Of a DNA stretch of 64,000 nucleotides, positions 29,325 through 39,773 are shown piece after piece (position 1 is the stretch's first letter; each line of letters begins with the position of its first letter). Under the pieces are notes generated by a model. It saw only the letters and a program-made list of their open reading frames with translations, had not been told where the DNA came from and ran no database searches. The stretch covers positions 4,112 through 68,111 of the forward strand of contig JAHHTP010000003.1 in the NCBI GenBank assembly GCA_020024615.1. The letters are read 5' to 3'. The DNA is from Oscillospiraceae bacterium. GTDB lineage: Bacteria > Bacillota > Clostridia > Oscillospirales > Ruminococcaceae. The translations under genes were made by a program, and so were the position numbers.

Positions 29325-30074
29325 TTATTCCTTTTGCAGTGCCTGCAATACACCGGTGTAAATACAAAATGCGATTTTTTTGCAGTAATCTGCATCCACC
29401 AGTTTTGCTGCATCATCTGGATTGGATAAAAAACCACATTCACACAGCACTGCCGGACGGGTAGTATGATAAATGATATATACTTCTTTTCCCACCGGCT
29501 TAATTACCCGCGTATTGTCTACCTGGACATTTGCCGTAATCTGTGACTGAATGGATGCGGCAATCTCCTGTGCAAGCGGGTGTGAACCATAAAACATCTG
29601 CGCCCCGTGTGAGGATGCCGCGGGATAATGATTCTGGTGGATAGATAACACAAGAGCGTGCTGTGTCTGCTCGAACAAAGCCAGTCGTGCCTTTAAGTCC
29701 TCTGTTTTCCGCGCAGCAGCTGACTTGCCATCACTGGATAAATCGGTATCGGTTTCTCGCGTCATAATCACCTGATAACCGGAAGCAGTAAACATACTTT
29801 TCAAACAACGCGCAATCTGAAGATTCACAACTTTTTCCTGCAATCCGGATTCGGAACAAGCACCTGGGTCAATCCCACCATGCCCAGGATCAAGAATAAT
29901 CGTATCCACAACAGTAGGTGAAATGTCCGCCTGAACCGGCAGCTGTTCCTGCTGCAAACTTTGATAAAAAGCCATTCCCCAAAAAAGCACCGCAAAAATA
30001 CCAAGCAGTGCAACAATGATTCGATAGTGCTTCTGCAACGACAAAAATTTCATCGGCATCTTCCTTTCCATCAC
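29325..30074 (-). CDS. cwlD: N-acetylmuramoyl-L-alanine amidase (CwlD-type, Amidase_3)
   Basis: Signal anchor then ILDPGHGGIDPGA...E...H Amidase_3 motifs. Confidence 0.75.
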   Translation of the reverse strand: MMERKMPMKFLSLQKHYRIIVALLGIFAVLFWGMAFYQSLQQEQLPVQADISPTVVDTIILDPGHGGIDPGACSESGLQEKVVNLQIARCLKSMFTASGYQVIMTRETDTDLSSDGKSAAARKTEDLKARLALFEQTQHALVLSIHQNHYPAASSHGAQMFYGSHPLAQEIAASIQSQITANVQVDNTRVIKPVGKEVYIIYHTTRPAVLCECGFLSNPDDAAKLVDADYCKKIAFCIYTGVLQALQKE

Positions 30075-30185
30075 AATCTATGCTTATCTTCTCCCGTTTA
30101 TGAATACGCCGATCTTTCCAAAAATATCCCAAATTTGATTGGATACTAAGAAAAGGACAGGCAATAAACCTGTCCTTTTTCCTAT

Positions 30186-31178
30186 TTACAATAAATGTGT
30201 AACATCCACCATCTCATGCCGTACTGTGCTACTGCCATCATGATGAATTTGTATCACTGTACCACCATTGCTTTCTGGTTCCCAGTAACAGCCCTTGCCG
30301 GTCTTGGTTGCATAGATTAGATTAACACCCTGATATTTGATCACCCAATTATTGGTATGATCATGTCCTGACACAATATTTTCAGTATGTCCCAGTTCTT
30401 TTACCACTGTAAACACACCGTCATCATATGGATAAGAACCAATCACCTCATGTCCAACACCATACGAATCCTTATACCCTTCCTTCCAACAGTCACCTTT
30501 CAAACTCTGTTCCATGGTAACGGTTTTGGGGTCAATATCCGATTGGAAAGCAGCTTCAAACGCCTCACGATACGCATAGATCGGAATGTGCATCAGCATA
30601 CTACTGTGTTTGCATCCATCCTGCCGCAATGCCTCCACCTGATCTTTATACCATGCAAGCTGTGCTTCGTTTAACTTATCATAAGCAAAAACAGTTGGCT
30701 CCCCGTTTTCATCCGGCAGATGTGTGCAGTTGTGCGAATCCACCATAAACAGTGCATGAACCGGCTTTCCGTCCTGCATAATAGCAATCACATAATTGCC
30801 ATTACCCATTGTCGGGTCGCCATCCTCGTGGACAAAATATTGACCCTTGCGATAAATTTTCAGAATATCATCCAAAAATTCCATGCCATCCTGCTGGTCA
30901 TGATTGCCCCAGGTCAACGCCCACGGAATCCGGTACTGCTCTATATATTTTGAAAATGCCGGGTATGCTTTCTTCTGATCTGCACTGCTGATATCACCGG
31001 TTACAGTAATCAGATCCGGTTTTACCCGCTCAATCAGTGTCTTTACCGTGTAATTCATAATGGCATACGCATTGTCATATTTGGGGTCATTCTCATCCCA
31101 CTGGCATTCGCATAACTGCACATCGGTCAGATTCAGAACCACAAAATCTTTGTTCTTTTCTTTTTGAAATGTAACCAT
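30186..31178 (-). CDS. Calcineurin-like metallophosphoesterase
   Basis: GDISSA...GNHD...GHDH motifs. Confidence 0.7.
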   Translation of the reverse strand: MVTFQKEKNKDFVVLNLTDVQLCECQWDENDPKYDNAYAIMNYTVKTLIERVKPDLITVTGDISSADQKKAYPAFSKYIEQYRIPWALTWGNHDQQDGMEFLDDILKIYRKGQYFVHEDGDPTMGNGNYVIAIMQDGKPVHALFMVDSHNCTHLPDENGEPTVFAYDKLNEAQLAWYKDQVEALRQDGCKHSSMLMHIPIYAYREAFEAAFQSDIDPKTVTMEQSLKGDCWKEGYKDSYGVGHEVIGSYPYDDGVFTVVKELGHTENIVSGHDHTNNWVIKYQGVNLIYATKTGKGCYWEPESNGGTVIQIHHDGSSTVRHEMVDVTHLL

Positions 31179-31291
31179 ATTAAATTCCCCTTTTTCTGTT
31201 TAGAATCAAAAGACAAAAATCTTCTGCCTTGTATAAAATGATAAGGAAAAATCCGCTGTTAGGCGAACCCCTTCCCTTAAAATATCAATCC

Positions 31292-32710
31292 CTATTTGAT
31301 ATCATTTTCATCAAATGGATCTCCGCACTCCGGACAGAATTTCGGTGGATGGGTCGGGTCTTCCGGCTGCCAACCGCATTTGTCACAGGCATACTGTAAA
31401 GCTCCCGCCGGTTTCTTCGTACCGCACTGGGTGCAGAATTTTCCTTTATTGACAGTACCACAGGACGGACAGTTCCAGCCTTCATCTGCTGCCGGTTTCT
31501 TCGCACCACAGTTTGGACAGAAATTACCGGTTACCGTCGTACCACAGGCACACCGCCAGCTTCCAGCTGCCGGCTGAGGTGTCGGTTTCTTGCTGCCGCA
31601 CTGCGGACAGAAATTTCCGGTTGCGGTTGAACCGCAGCTGCATTTCCAACTGTCTGCTACCGGAGCCTGCTGCATTTTTTGTTGCTGCATCTGCTGCTGA
31701 CGCTGTTGATCCATTGCATAGAAATTCTGTGCATTCATACCGCCAGCATTCATCGCCATATTCATGCCCATAAAGCCCATTGTCGCACCAGCTGAGTTAC
31801 CTGCTGCCTTCTTCATCGCATCTGCCTGGGCATCAACCAATGTAGCACCAGCCATGCCAGGATCACGCAACATTGCGGTTCTCTGTGCCTGTTTGATCAT
31901 CTCCGCATCTTCCGGCGGAAGTGTAACGGTCGAAAGTGCCACACTGACAACCTCAAGGCCACGGCTCTCGCCCCATTTCTTGGTAAGCTGCTCACGCATT
32001 GCAACTTCCAAATTGGCATTGTGAGCGATAATCTGATTCGGACGCAATTCCATATCGGATAACTGAGCTAGTGCCGGCTGCAATGCGCTGACAAATTCCT
32101 CTTTCAGCTGAGGTTCGATTTCCTTACGCAGATATTCATCTACAATATTTCCACACACATTAGCATAGAACAGCAGTGGATTTTCAATACGATAGGAATA
32201 TACACCTGCACAGCGCAAAGTAACATCGATATCAAGACCGATCTTGCTATCTACCACACGGAACGGAATCGGATTTTTAGTACCGAATTTATTGTCGTGC
32301 AGTTCTTTGGTATTGAAGTAATAAACACGCTGATCTTTACCAGTATCACCACCATAAGTAAAGCGTTTACCAATCTCTTTAAAGGTTTCCATGATACTAC
32401 TACTCAAATCACCCACAAAAATAGTCGGTTCTGTCATACTATTGAAAGTATATTCGCCCGGCTCAGCACAGAACTCTACAACTCTGCCCTGCTCAACAAT
32501 GATCATACACTGACCTTCAGCAACCGCAATTCCAGAACCATTTGAAATAACATTGTCACTTCCCTTGGTATTGGAAGATCTTCCAGAAACGCGTTTCTGA
32601 CCTTTGGTCACCATAACATCTTTCGGCATAGAGTCGCAGTAGAAAAATTCTTTCCATTGATCTGCAAGCGTGCTGTTAATAGCACCTTTTATTGCTTTGA
32701 TAAGTCCCAT
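31292..32710 (-). CDS. SPFH/band-7 domain protein (YdjI-like) with four C-terminal zinc-ribbon repeats
   Basis: SPFH-like N-terminal 330 aa, a Q/M-rich linker, then 4 tandem repeats W.C.CG(S/T)...GNFCP.CG.KKP. Confidence 0.65.
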   Translation of the reverse strand: MGLIKAIKGAINSTLADQWKEFFYCDSMPKDVMVTKGQKRVSGRSSNTKGSDNVISNGSGIAVAEGQCMIIVEQGRVVEFCAEPGEYTFNSMTEPTIFVGDLSSSIMETFKEIGKRFTYGGDTGKDQRVYYFNTKELHDNKFGTKNPIPFRVVDSKIGLDIDVTLRCAGVYSYRIENPLLFYANVCGNIVDEYLRKEIEPQLKEEFVSALQPALAQLSDMELRPNQIIAHNANLEVAMREQLTKKWGESRGLEVVSVALSTVTLPPEDAEMIKQAQRTAMLRDPGMAGATLVDAQADAMKKAAGNSAGATMGFMGMNMAMNAGGMNAQNFYAMDQQRQQQMQQQKMQQAPVADSWKCSCGSTATGNFCPQCGSKKPTPQPAAGSWRCACGTTVTGNFCPNCGAKKPAADEGWNCPSCGTVNKGKFCTQCGTKKPAGALQYACDKCGWQPEDPTHPPKFCPECGDPFDENDIK

Positions 32711-32972
32711 ATTACTTTCCTTTCTGCCACAAATAATTTATATTGATGCAGCTTTCGTAATGATAACTATATTATAGCATAAATCAATCTCAAACTCATC
32801 AGAAATCGTAAAATTTAATTCTTTATACATATTTTTCAATAAGATTCCCATAAAAGCTCTTTCATCCTTTTATACCATGCTAACCTATCCGATTTAAATT
32901 TTTAAAATAATACTTTTGGCTAATTTCCAAAAATAATAAAGCAGACTCCCCTTTTGAGAATCTGCTTTGCTG

Positions 32973-33533
32973 CTATTTAGTAATCATCGAAATGCCATAT
33001 TCCAGACCGCTCTTGTCGATCATGCCCTGTCGATAACTGCGAAGATAACCTTCTTCATCCACAAAGTAGGTGGTCGGCATGCTCATAACTTTATAAATTC
33101 TTGCCGCGTCTATATCCAGATCATAATAAACCGGGAAAGTAAATTTAGCCTGTTTCACAAAAGTTTCTGCTGTACTCTGAGTTTCTCGCATTCCGTCGGT
33201 CATATTCACCATCATAAACACAACTTCATCGCCGTATTGCTTGTATGCTTCCTCAAAATCCGGCATCTCATGCTGACACGGACCGCACCAGCTTGCCCAG
33301 AAATTGAGAACAACCGGTTTTCCCTTGAAATCTGACAGACTTACTGCATTCCCATCCTTATCATAAGCCGTAAAATCAGGTGCTTTTACCTGCTGCTGTG
33401 ATTCCCCAGATTGCGATGTCTGTTCCATGTTTGGATGGTAATTCGCTGACAGCTTATCATATAAAATTGCCGCACCAATCAAAACACCAATCAATGCGAT
33501 AATGGATACAATCAATATCACCAGCTTTTTCAT
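32973..33533 (-). CDS. TlpA/ResA-like membrane-anchored thiol-disulfide oxidoreductase
   Basis: Signal anchor plus WASWCGPC thioredoxin-fold motif. Confidence 0.8.
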   Translation of the reverse strand: MKKLVILIVSIIALIGVLIGAAILYDKLSANYHPNMEQTSQSGESQQQVKAPDFTAYDKDGNAVSLSDFKGKPVVLNFWASWCGPCQHEMPDFEEAYKQYGDEVVFMMVNMTDGMRETQSTAETFVKQAKFTFPVYYDLDIDAARIYKVMSMPTTYFVDEEGYLRSYRQGMIDKSGLEYGISMITK

Positions 33534-33547
33534 AGCATCTATCTCCC

Positions 33548-34210
33548 TTATCCTAAAATTCCCAATAATTTACCAAATAATCCAGTCATCATCGAAACGC
33601 CGACTATAACCAGCAGAACACCGCTGATGATGTTAATGACCTTGTAGTGCTTTTTGATAAAATCAAACGCACCCTTTAATTTGTCAATCAGCACTGCACT
33701 AATCACAAACGGGATGCCCAATCCCAACGAATAGCATAGCAGCGTGAAAATACCCTTTAACACAGTGCCCTGCTGGGATGCCATCATCAATGCTGAACCT
33801 AAAAATGCACCTACGCACGGTGTCCACCCAATCGAAAATACCATGCCAAACATCAGTGCTGACAAAAATCCAAGGTCTTTTTGACCACCGAACCCTTTTG
33901 TTCCACGGAAAATATTCAGCTGGAAAACTCCTAAAAAGTGCAGACCAAAACATACAACCACAAGCCCGGTTATGATGTTAATTATAGTATGATATTCCCT
34001 TAAAAAATAGCCGACTGTTCCAGCAAATGCACCCATCGCGACAAACACAATGGTAAATCCAAGTACAAATCCAAAGGAATGGAACAATGTCTTTTTAGTT
34101 GTCTGTTCTTTTCCTCCGGCAAAGTAAGACAGATATACCGGCAGCATTGGCAGCAGACACGGTGATACAAAGGTGATAAATCCTTCTAAAAATGAAAGCA
34201 GATATTGCAT
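33548..34210 (-). CDS. ccdA: Cytochrome c-type biogenesis protein CcdA (DsbD transmembrane-domain family)
   Basis: FVSPCLLPMLPVYLSYF and second conserved Cys in WTPCVGAFLG. Confidence 0.8.
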   Translation of the reverse strand: MQYLLSFLEGFITFVSPCLLPMLPVYLSYFAGGKEQTTKKTLFHSFGFVLGFTIVFVAMGAFAGTVGYFLREYHTIINIITGLVVVCFGLHFLGVFQLNIFRGTKGFGGQKDLGFLSALMFGMVFSIGWTPCVGAFLGSALMMASQQGTVLKGIFTLLCYSLGLGIPFVISAVLIDKLKGAFDFIKKHYKVINIISGVLLVIVGVSMMTGLFGKLLGILG

Positions 34211-34388
34211 CTGTTGTTGACTCCTTTCTCTATATTTATATTCATTATATCAGATTTTCGCTTCTTTAACCGTAACTTGATCACATTTTTTGCAAAAAAA
34301 TATTGCCATATTCCAAAAACTATGTTATACTAAAGATGTAAATAGCATATGTCAGAAACACATTTTATCATAGAAAGGAGCGTTCCCT

Positions 34389-34760
34389 ATGCCAAGACCC
34401 CGGAAATGCCGGAAAGTGTGCTGTCTGCCTCAAAATAATCAGTTTCTACCAGCAAAACAGACTTCACAAGATCCAATTATCTTAACCGTAGACGAATTTG
34501 AAACAATCCGGCTTATTGACGATCAGGGCTTCTCGCAGGAAGACTGCGCTAAATATATGTGCATCGCCCGCACAACCGCCCAGCAAATCTATGGTAGTGC
34601 CAGAAAAAAACTTGCCTCTGCACTGGTACAAGGTGCCCCTATTTTAATTGAAGGTGGCGATTATACCCTTTGTGATGGAAATGAACCGTCCTGCGCCTGT
34701 GGTGGATGTAAACGCCATCAGGAACTCTGCATGAAATCAGCAGCCGAAATACACAAATAA
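34389..34760 (+). CDS. DUF134/UPF0251 family predicted DNA-binding protein
   Basis: Characteristic N-terminus MPRPRKCRKVCCLP and HTH-like core, with C-terminal Cys cluster. Confidence 0.6.
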   Translation: MPRPRKCRKVCCLPQNNQFLPAKQTSQDPIILTVDEFETIRLIDDQGFSQEDCAKYMCIARTTAQQIYGSARKKLASALVQGAPILIEGGDYTLCDGNEPSCACGGCKRHQELCMKSAAEIHK

Positions 34761-34773
34761 CGAAAGGGGAACC

Positions 34774-35448
34774 GTGATGGAAAAGCATTTTGAGGATATT
34801 TATAAAGAAAAGCTCCCATTTTGGACAAAACTCACCGACACAGAAAAACATACCCTCTGCACCACATCCAGTGTTGTTGGCTATAAAAAAGGTACCAACA
34901 TCCATAATGCCAGTGAATGTACCGGCATGATACTGGTTCAAAAAGGATGTCTGCGTGCTTATATGCTTTCGGAAACCGGAAAAGAAATCACCTTGTACCG
35001 CATATATGAAGGCGATATGTGTGTGATGACCGCCTCTTGCGCATTAACGAGCATCACCTTTGATGTATTTGTAGATGCCGAAGAAGATAGTGACTGCTAC
35101 TTAATTGGTGGTTCTGCTTTTGCCTCGGTCTGCACCAACAATCCGTATGCTAAAATTTTTGCATTGGAAATGGCTGCCAGTCGATTTTCGGATGTCATGT
35201 GGGTCATGCAGCAAATCTTGTTTATGAGTTTTGACAAACGCCTTGCAATTTTTATACTGGATGAAATCGCCAAAACTGGCTCGGATACCATCAATCTAAC
35301 CCATGAACAGATTGCCAAATATATGGGGTCTGCGCGAGAAGTCGTATCCCGTATGCTGAAATATTTTTCAACAGAAGGTATTGTGGAATCCTCCAGAAAA
35401 GGTGTCAAAGTTATTGATAAGAAAAAATTAAGGGAGCTTGCTTTATAG
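34774..35448 (+). CDS. Crp/Fnr family transcriptional regulator
   Basis: cNMP-binding-like domain plus C-terminal HTH (THEQIAKYMGSAREVVSRMLK). Confidence 0.75.
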   Translation: MMEKHFEDIYKEKLPFWTKLTDTEKHTLCTTSSVVGYKKGTNIHNASECTGMILVQKGCLRAYMLSETGKEITLYRIYEGDMCVMTASCALTSITFDVFVDAEEDSDCYLIGGSAFASVCTNNPYAKIFALEMAASRFSDVMWVMQQILFMSFDKRLAIFILDEIAKTGSDTINLTHEQIAKYMGSAREVVSRMLKYFSTEGIVESSRKGVKVIDKKKLRELAL

Positions 35449-35470
35449 CGGCTCCCTTTGGCTTATTCTT
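35431..35470. terminator. Bidirectional terminator between convergent crp and trxA
   Basis: gggagc-(13 nt)-gctccc flanked by T-runs on both strands. Confidence 0.5.
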
Positions 35471-35471
35471 A

Positions 35472-35779
35472 TTAATCCAGCAGTGTCAGAATGCGCTGTT
35501 TCGGTGCTGCACCAACCATCTGGTTTACAACCTTACCGTCTTTGAGTACAACTAAGGTCGGGATGCTCATAACGCCGAACTTTGCTGCAAGCTCGTTTTG
35601 CTCATCCACATTTACTTTGCCGACCAGATACTGCGGATTCTCCTCAGCGATCTCGTCAACAATCGGGGATACCATACGACACGGACCGCACCAGCTTGCC
35701 CAGAAGTCCAGCAAAACAGGTTTCTCGCTGGTTAATACCTCAGATTCAAAATTTTCATTATTTACAGTTAATACAGACA
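35472..35779 (-). CDS. trxA: Thioredoxin
   Basis: 102 aa: MSVLTVNNENFESEVLTSEKPVLLDFWASWCGPCRMVSPIVDEIAEE... Start at MSVL with RBS aaagga 9 nt upstream. The longer ORF is N-terminal read-through. Confidence 0.85.
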
Positions 35780-35914
35780 TTTCTTTCATTCCTTTCGATC
35801 TATCATATTTGCAGTTCAGGCAACCGTTTAACTTGGCTTCCCTTACTGTGATTATATTATACCAAAAACAACACAATATTTCCGTGACAAAGTCACTAAA
35901 ATAATACCATCATA

Positions 35915-38900
35915 TTATTCAGAACGAAGTGCAATAACCGGGTCTTTCTTTGCAGCGCTTCTGGAAGGGATAATTCCGGCAATCAGCGTTAAAATAACAC
36001 TAATAATCACTAAGATGCCGGCAGCCTCAATCGGTAGTACTGCATTTAAATTTCCAATTCCTGTAAAATGGTACAGAATCGCATTGATTGGAATACACAA
36101 TAAATAGGTAACCGCGACACCAAGCACACCAGACGAGAATCCAATCATCACCGTTTCGGCATTAAACATGCTGGATACATTCCGCTTGGATGCGCCGATT
36201 GCACGCAGAATACCAATCTCCTTTGTTCTCTCCTGCACCGAAATCAGTGTAATGACACCAATCATGATGGAAGATACAATTAATGATACTGCTACAAATG
36301 CTATCAGAACATAGGTAATCGCATTGATAATCGAAGTAACCGAGGACATCATCAACCCGACATAATCTGTGTATGCAATCTGTTCCAGCTCATCCTTGCC
36401 CTCATTGTAATCCGAAATCATATCTTCTATGATATCCTTGTTTTCAAAACTCGAAGCATAGATATTGATGGTAGCCGGTTCATCCAAATTGACAAGTCCC
36501 AGTTTTTTCAAATTATCCTTGTAGCTGGATTCGGAAAATTCCAGAACTTCATCATAATACTGTACCATCTGTTCGGTAGTGTAATCTTTCATGGCAGCAT
36601 CCAGCGCACCAGACAGCTGTTTATCATCCAATGAAGCCAGTTTTTCCGTCACTTCCGTAGCATACTGTGTTTTCACCTGCTCCTCTACCATCTGGGTAAA
36701 GATCTCTTGAACCTCATCTTCTCCCATAGAATCAGCATAATCTCTAATTTCATCCTCACTCATACCAGTCTGCTGCATAATACCTGTAATCATAGCTTCT
36801 TCCATCTGCTCTCTGGAAGTCGCCTGCATAGCCTGCTCCATCATTTTATCCAACTGTTGTGCAGATGGAATGCACATGATCTGACGGTATGTATTTGCTT
36901 TCTGTTTCTGGGTCAGACTGCTGATATAATCTTTGAATTCTGAAACCTTTTGGGAATCGGATAAATTATCGGTATTCTCAGTAAATGGCAGTCCGGTGAA
37001 AATGTCAATCTGCGGATCTTTCTGCTGTGCTGCAATCGCGTCAGAATCCTTTGCATTTTCAATGATATATTCGGTCAGCATATGCGTATATCCGATCGTG
37101 CCGGATAACATAGTGGATGCTACATCCTCTTTCGGACGCAAAATACCGGTTACTTTTAGCGACAAGCCGTTGTCATACAGATATTTCATACCTGCTTCGG
37201 TATTGCGCAGATCGGTATAAGTATCCGTTAATTCATCGTAGGTATAGCAGTCTGCATTGAGTACCGTACGAAACTCCATACCGCAAATATCTTCATAGGT
37301 ATAGCTTTTATGCTCAATTTCCGCAGGAATTTTATCAAGAGCCGCTTTTGCAAGTGCGTCAATGTCTTCTTTTGGGGTCAGACCCAGCGCATACATGGTC
37401 AGGTCATCTATTTCGTTGTTCTCATCCACCACAATCACAATCTCATCGTAATTGTTCGGCAAGCTTCCGTAAACGACATCATACTGTTTTTCAAGTATCG
37501 GGTTAATCGGGTTTCCATCATCACCAGGCAGAATTTCCTGCCATAAAATCGCATTTCCCGACATCTGACTCATGGCACCACCGCCCATCGGAAATGCCCC
37601 CATCCCTTTGATACCATACTGTTCCTGCAATCCGAACATGGTGGATAAATCCATATCAAAATGCTCCAGCATCAGTTCCTGAACCAGTTCATTGGAATCG
37701 GATAAGATAATACTGCCGTCCACATTCTTGGTATACACCAGCAAATCCGTTCCATAAGTATACTGCACGCCATTGACCGCTTTGGACACCTCACTATCTT
37801 TATTTGCAAGCTGCTTCTCTAAATATTTTTTAAATGAAGCCAGATCATTTTCGTTCGATTCCATCTCGGTCAACGAATTGATCATATCATATAGCATGGT
37901 TTTCTGATATACTGCATTCTTGTCATGATTGCCGGAAGACTTCGCATTGCCCATAAATGCCTGCATCATCGAACTCATATCAATATGTTGTGCCTCTAAA
38001 GTCAGCGGATAGGCAGAAAGTGTTTCTTCCTGAACCATATTGATATATGCCGTAGTACCCTGCGACACAGCAAAAATCAGCGCAATTCCGATAATACCAA
38101 TACTCCCCGCAAAAGAGGTCAACAGCGTTCTGCCCTTTTTGGTAAAAAGGTTTTTCATGGACAACCCAAATGCTGTCATCAAACGCATGGAAGGCTTCTT
38201 GACGCGTTTTTCCTTTTCACTTGGTGGTGCATAGGCAAGTTTCTCTTTACAGATTTCCGTTTCAGACATCGGAGCGGAATCGCTTGTTACCTTACCATCA
38301 ATCATGCGGATAATACGGGTAGAATAATTCTCAGCAAGTTCCGGATTATGGGTTACCATAATAACCAGTCGGTCTTTTGCAATCTCCTTTAGGATTTCCA
38401 TAACCTGTAAACTGGTTTCAGTATCCAGCGCACCGGTTGGCTCATCCGCCAGAATAATATCCGGGTCATTGACAATCGCGCGTGCAATCGCAACACGCTG
38501 CATCTGACCGCCGGACATTTCATGTGGCTTCTTTTTCAGCTGATCGGCTAGTCCGACCTGTTCCAGTGCTTTTATCGCCCTTTTTCTGCGCTCTGATCTC
38601 GGAACACCCGAAAGGGTTAGTGCAAGTTCCACATTCTGCAAAACGGTCTGGTGCGGAATCAAATTGTAACTTTGAAATACAAATCCAATTGAATGGTTGC
38701 GATAGCTGTCCCAATCACGAGCGGAGAAAGACTTAGTGGAACGACCTTCAATAATCAGATCACCACTCGTATAATGATCCAGTCCACCAATGATATTCAG
38801 CATGGTGGTTTTTCCACAACCGGACTGACCTAAGATAGAAACAAATTCGCTTTTGCGAAAACTTAAATCAATCTCTTTGAGCGCATGTACAATGCCATTA

Positions 38901-38965
38901 CCAGCAGGATAATCTTTCACTATTTTTTTTAATTCTAACACAGTGATGCCCTCCTCCGTTTTCAT
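35915..38965 (-). CDS. Fused ABC transporter: N-terminal ATPase plus large extracytoplasmic domain plus C-terminal FtsX-like permease (MacB-type)
   Basis: Walker A GQSGCGKTT, signature LSGGQMQRVAIARA, Walker B IILADEPTGALD. 1016 aa with about 600 aa between the ATPase and the C-terminal 4-TM FtsX-like segment. Confidence 0.75.
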   Translation of the reverse strand: MKTEEGITVLELKKIVKDYPAGNGIVHALKEIDLSFRKSEFVSILGQSGCGKTTMLNIIGGLDHYTSGDLIIEGRSTKSFSARDWDSYRNHSIGFVFQSYNLIPHQTVLQNVELALTLSGVPRSERRKRAIKALEQVGLADQLKKKPHEMSGGQMQRVAIARAIVNDPDIILADEPTGALDTETSLQVMEILKEIAKDRLVIMVTHNPELAENYSTRIIRMIDGKVTSDSAPMSETEICKEKLAYAPPSEKEKRVKKPSMRLMTAFGLSMKNLFTKKGRTLLTSFAGSIGIIGIALIFAVSQGTTAYINMVQEETLSAYPLTLEAQHIDMSSMMQAFMGNAKSSGNHDKNAVYQKTMLYDMINSLTEMESNENDLASFKKYLEKQLANKDSEVSKAVNGVQYTYGTDLLVYTKNVDGSIILSDSNELVQELMLEHFDMDLSTMFGLQEQYGIKGMGAFPMGGGAMSQMSGNAILWQEILPGDDGNPINPILEKQYDVVYGSLPNNYDEIVIVVDENNEIDDLTMYALGLTPKEDIDALAKAALDKIPAEIEHKSYTYEDICGMEFRTVLNADCYTYDELTDTYTDLRNTEAGMKYLYDNGLSLKVTGILRPKEDVASTMLSGTIGYTHMLTEYIIENAKDSDAIAAQQKDPQIDIFTGLPFTENTDNLSDSQKVSEFKDYISSLTQKQKANTYRQIMCIPSAQQLDKMMEQAMQATSREQMEEAMITGIMQQTGMSEDEIRDYADSMGEDEVQEIFTQMVEEQVKTQYATEVTEKLASLDDKQLSGALDAAMKDYTTEQMVQYYDEVLEFSESSYKDNLKKLGLVNLDEPATINIYASSFENKDIIEDMISDYNEGKDELEQIAYTDYVGLMMSSVTSIINAITYVLIAFVAVSLIVSSIMIGVITLISVQERTKEIGILRAIGASKRNVSSMFNAETVMIGFSSGVLGVAVTYLLCIPINAILYHFTGIGNLNAVLPIEAAGILVIISVILTLIAGIIPSRSAAKKDPVIALRSE

Positions 38966-39049
38966 TCTATATTAACTTTATTATAGCATAACAAAACAGA
39001 AAAAAGGAGATCGTCATAAACATTTTTCAAATTGTTCATAACAAAACTT

Positions 39050-39571
39050 TTAATAGAAAATGCAGCCTGTATCTTTTCCAATCAGTCCAATTTTCCCTGC
39101 CATTCCAATTATTTTTTCCGAATAGAATGTACGCCGAACCAACGGATTGGACAGGCTGTTGATATACAAAATTCCATTTCCATATTCCTGTATCTGTTCA
39201 TTCAAAAATGTGTTGTCATCCCATGTACCATCCAGCCTCCATGCTCCGCCTGCGTTCCGCGAAAATTTTGCATAACCGACTGCTGTGTCACCATCCTGGA
39301 GAACAGTCATTCTGCTCTGAGCATATTCGAATAATCCATCGAACTCCATTTTGGGATTGGTTACATCAGTGGATTCAATGCAAAATACTATCTTTTCTGG
39401 CACAACTCTATCTGCTTTCCCGGCATCCTTGAGAAGCTGATTAAATACGGCTTCTTGCAAAACAGCAGATACCCTCATACTCACTGTAATACAGATTACC
39501 ACACCGATCAGACCGGTTAATAAACTTAAAAACATTTTCGTTTCATATAATTCACTTCCTTTTACCAGCAT
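39050..39571 (-). CDS. Hypothetical small membrane-anchored or secreted protein upstream of the MacB-type ABC gene
   Basis: Hydrophobic N-terminal segment MFLSLLTGLIGVVICITVSM then a soluble domain of about 150 aa. The start codon is uncertain. Confidence 0.35.
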   Translation of the reverse strand: MLVKGSELYETKMFLSLLTGLIGVVICITVSMRVSAVLQEAVFNQLLKDAGKADRVVPEKIVFCIESTDVTNPKMEFDGLFEYAQSRMTVLQDGDTAVGYAKFSRNAGGAWRLDGTWDDNTFLNEQIQEYGNGILYINSLSNPLVRRTFYSEKIIGMAGKIGLIGKDTGCIFY

Positions 39572-39773
39572 ATTCTGGTATATTTTTATTATATCACATC
39601 GATTTTTTAATAAAGTATAGATTATTAAAATTAACATAAAATTCGGTATATTTCCAAAAAATATAGATTATTCAGAAAAAGATAACAAAAAAAACCTCAT
39701 GGCAATATCACGAAAAATCTTTCCGTAATTCTCACCATAAGGCTCTTTTTATAAACAACATACTGACAGAAAG

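Noticed and set aside
28784-29464. 226-aa plus-strand ORF
   Set aside because: Antisense to the zinc-ribbon membrane protein gene and the cwlD 3' end. Odd amino-acid composition and no RBS.
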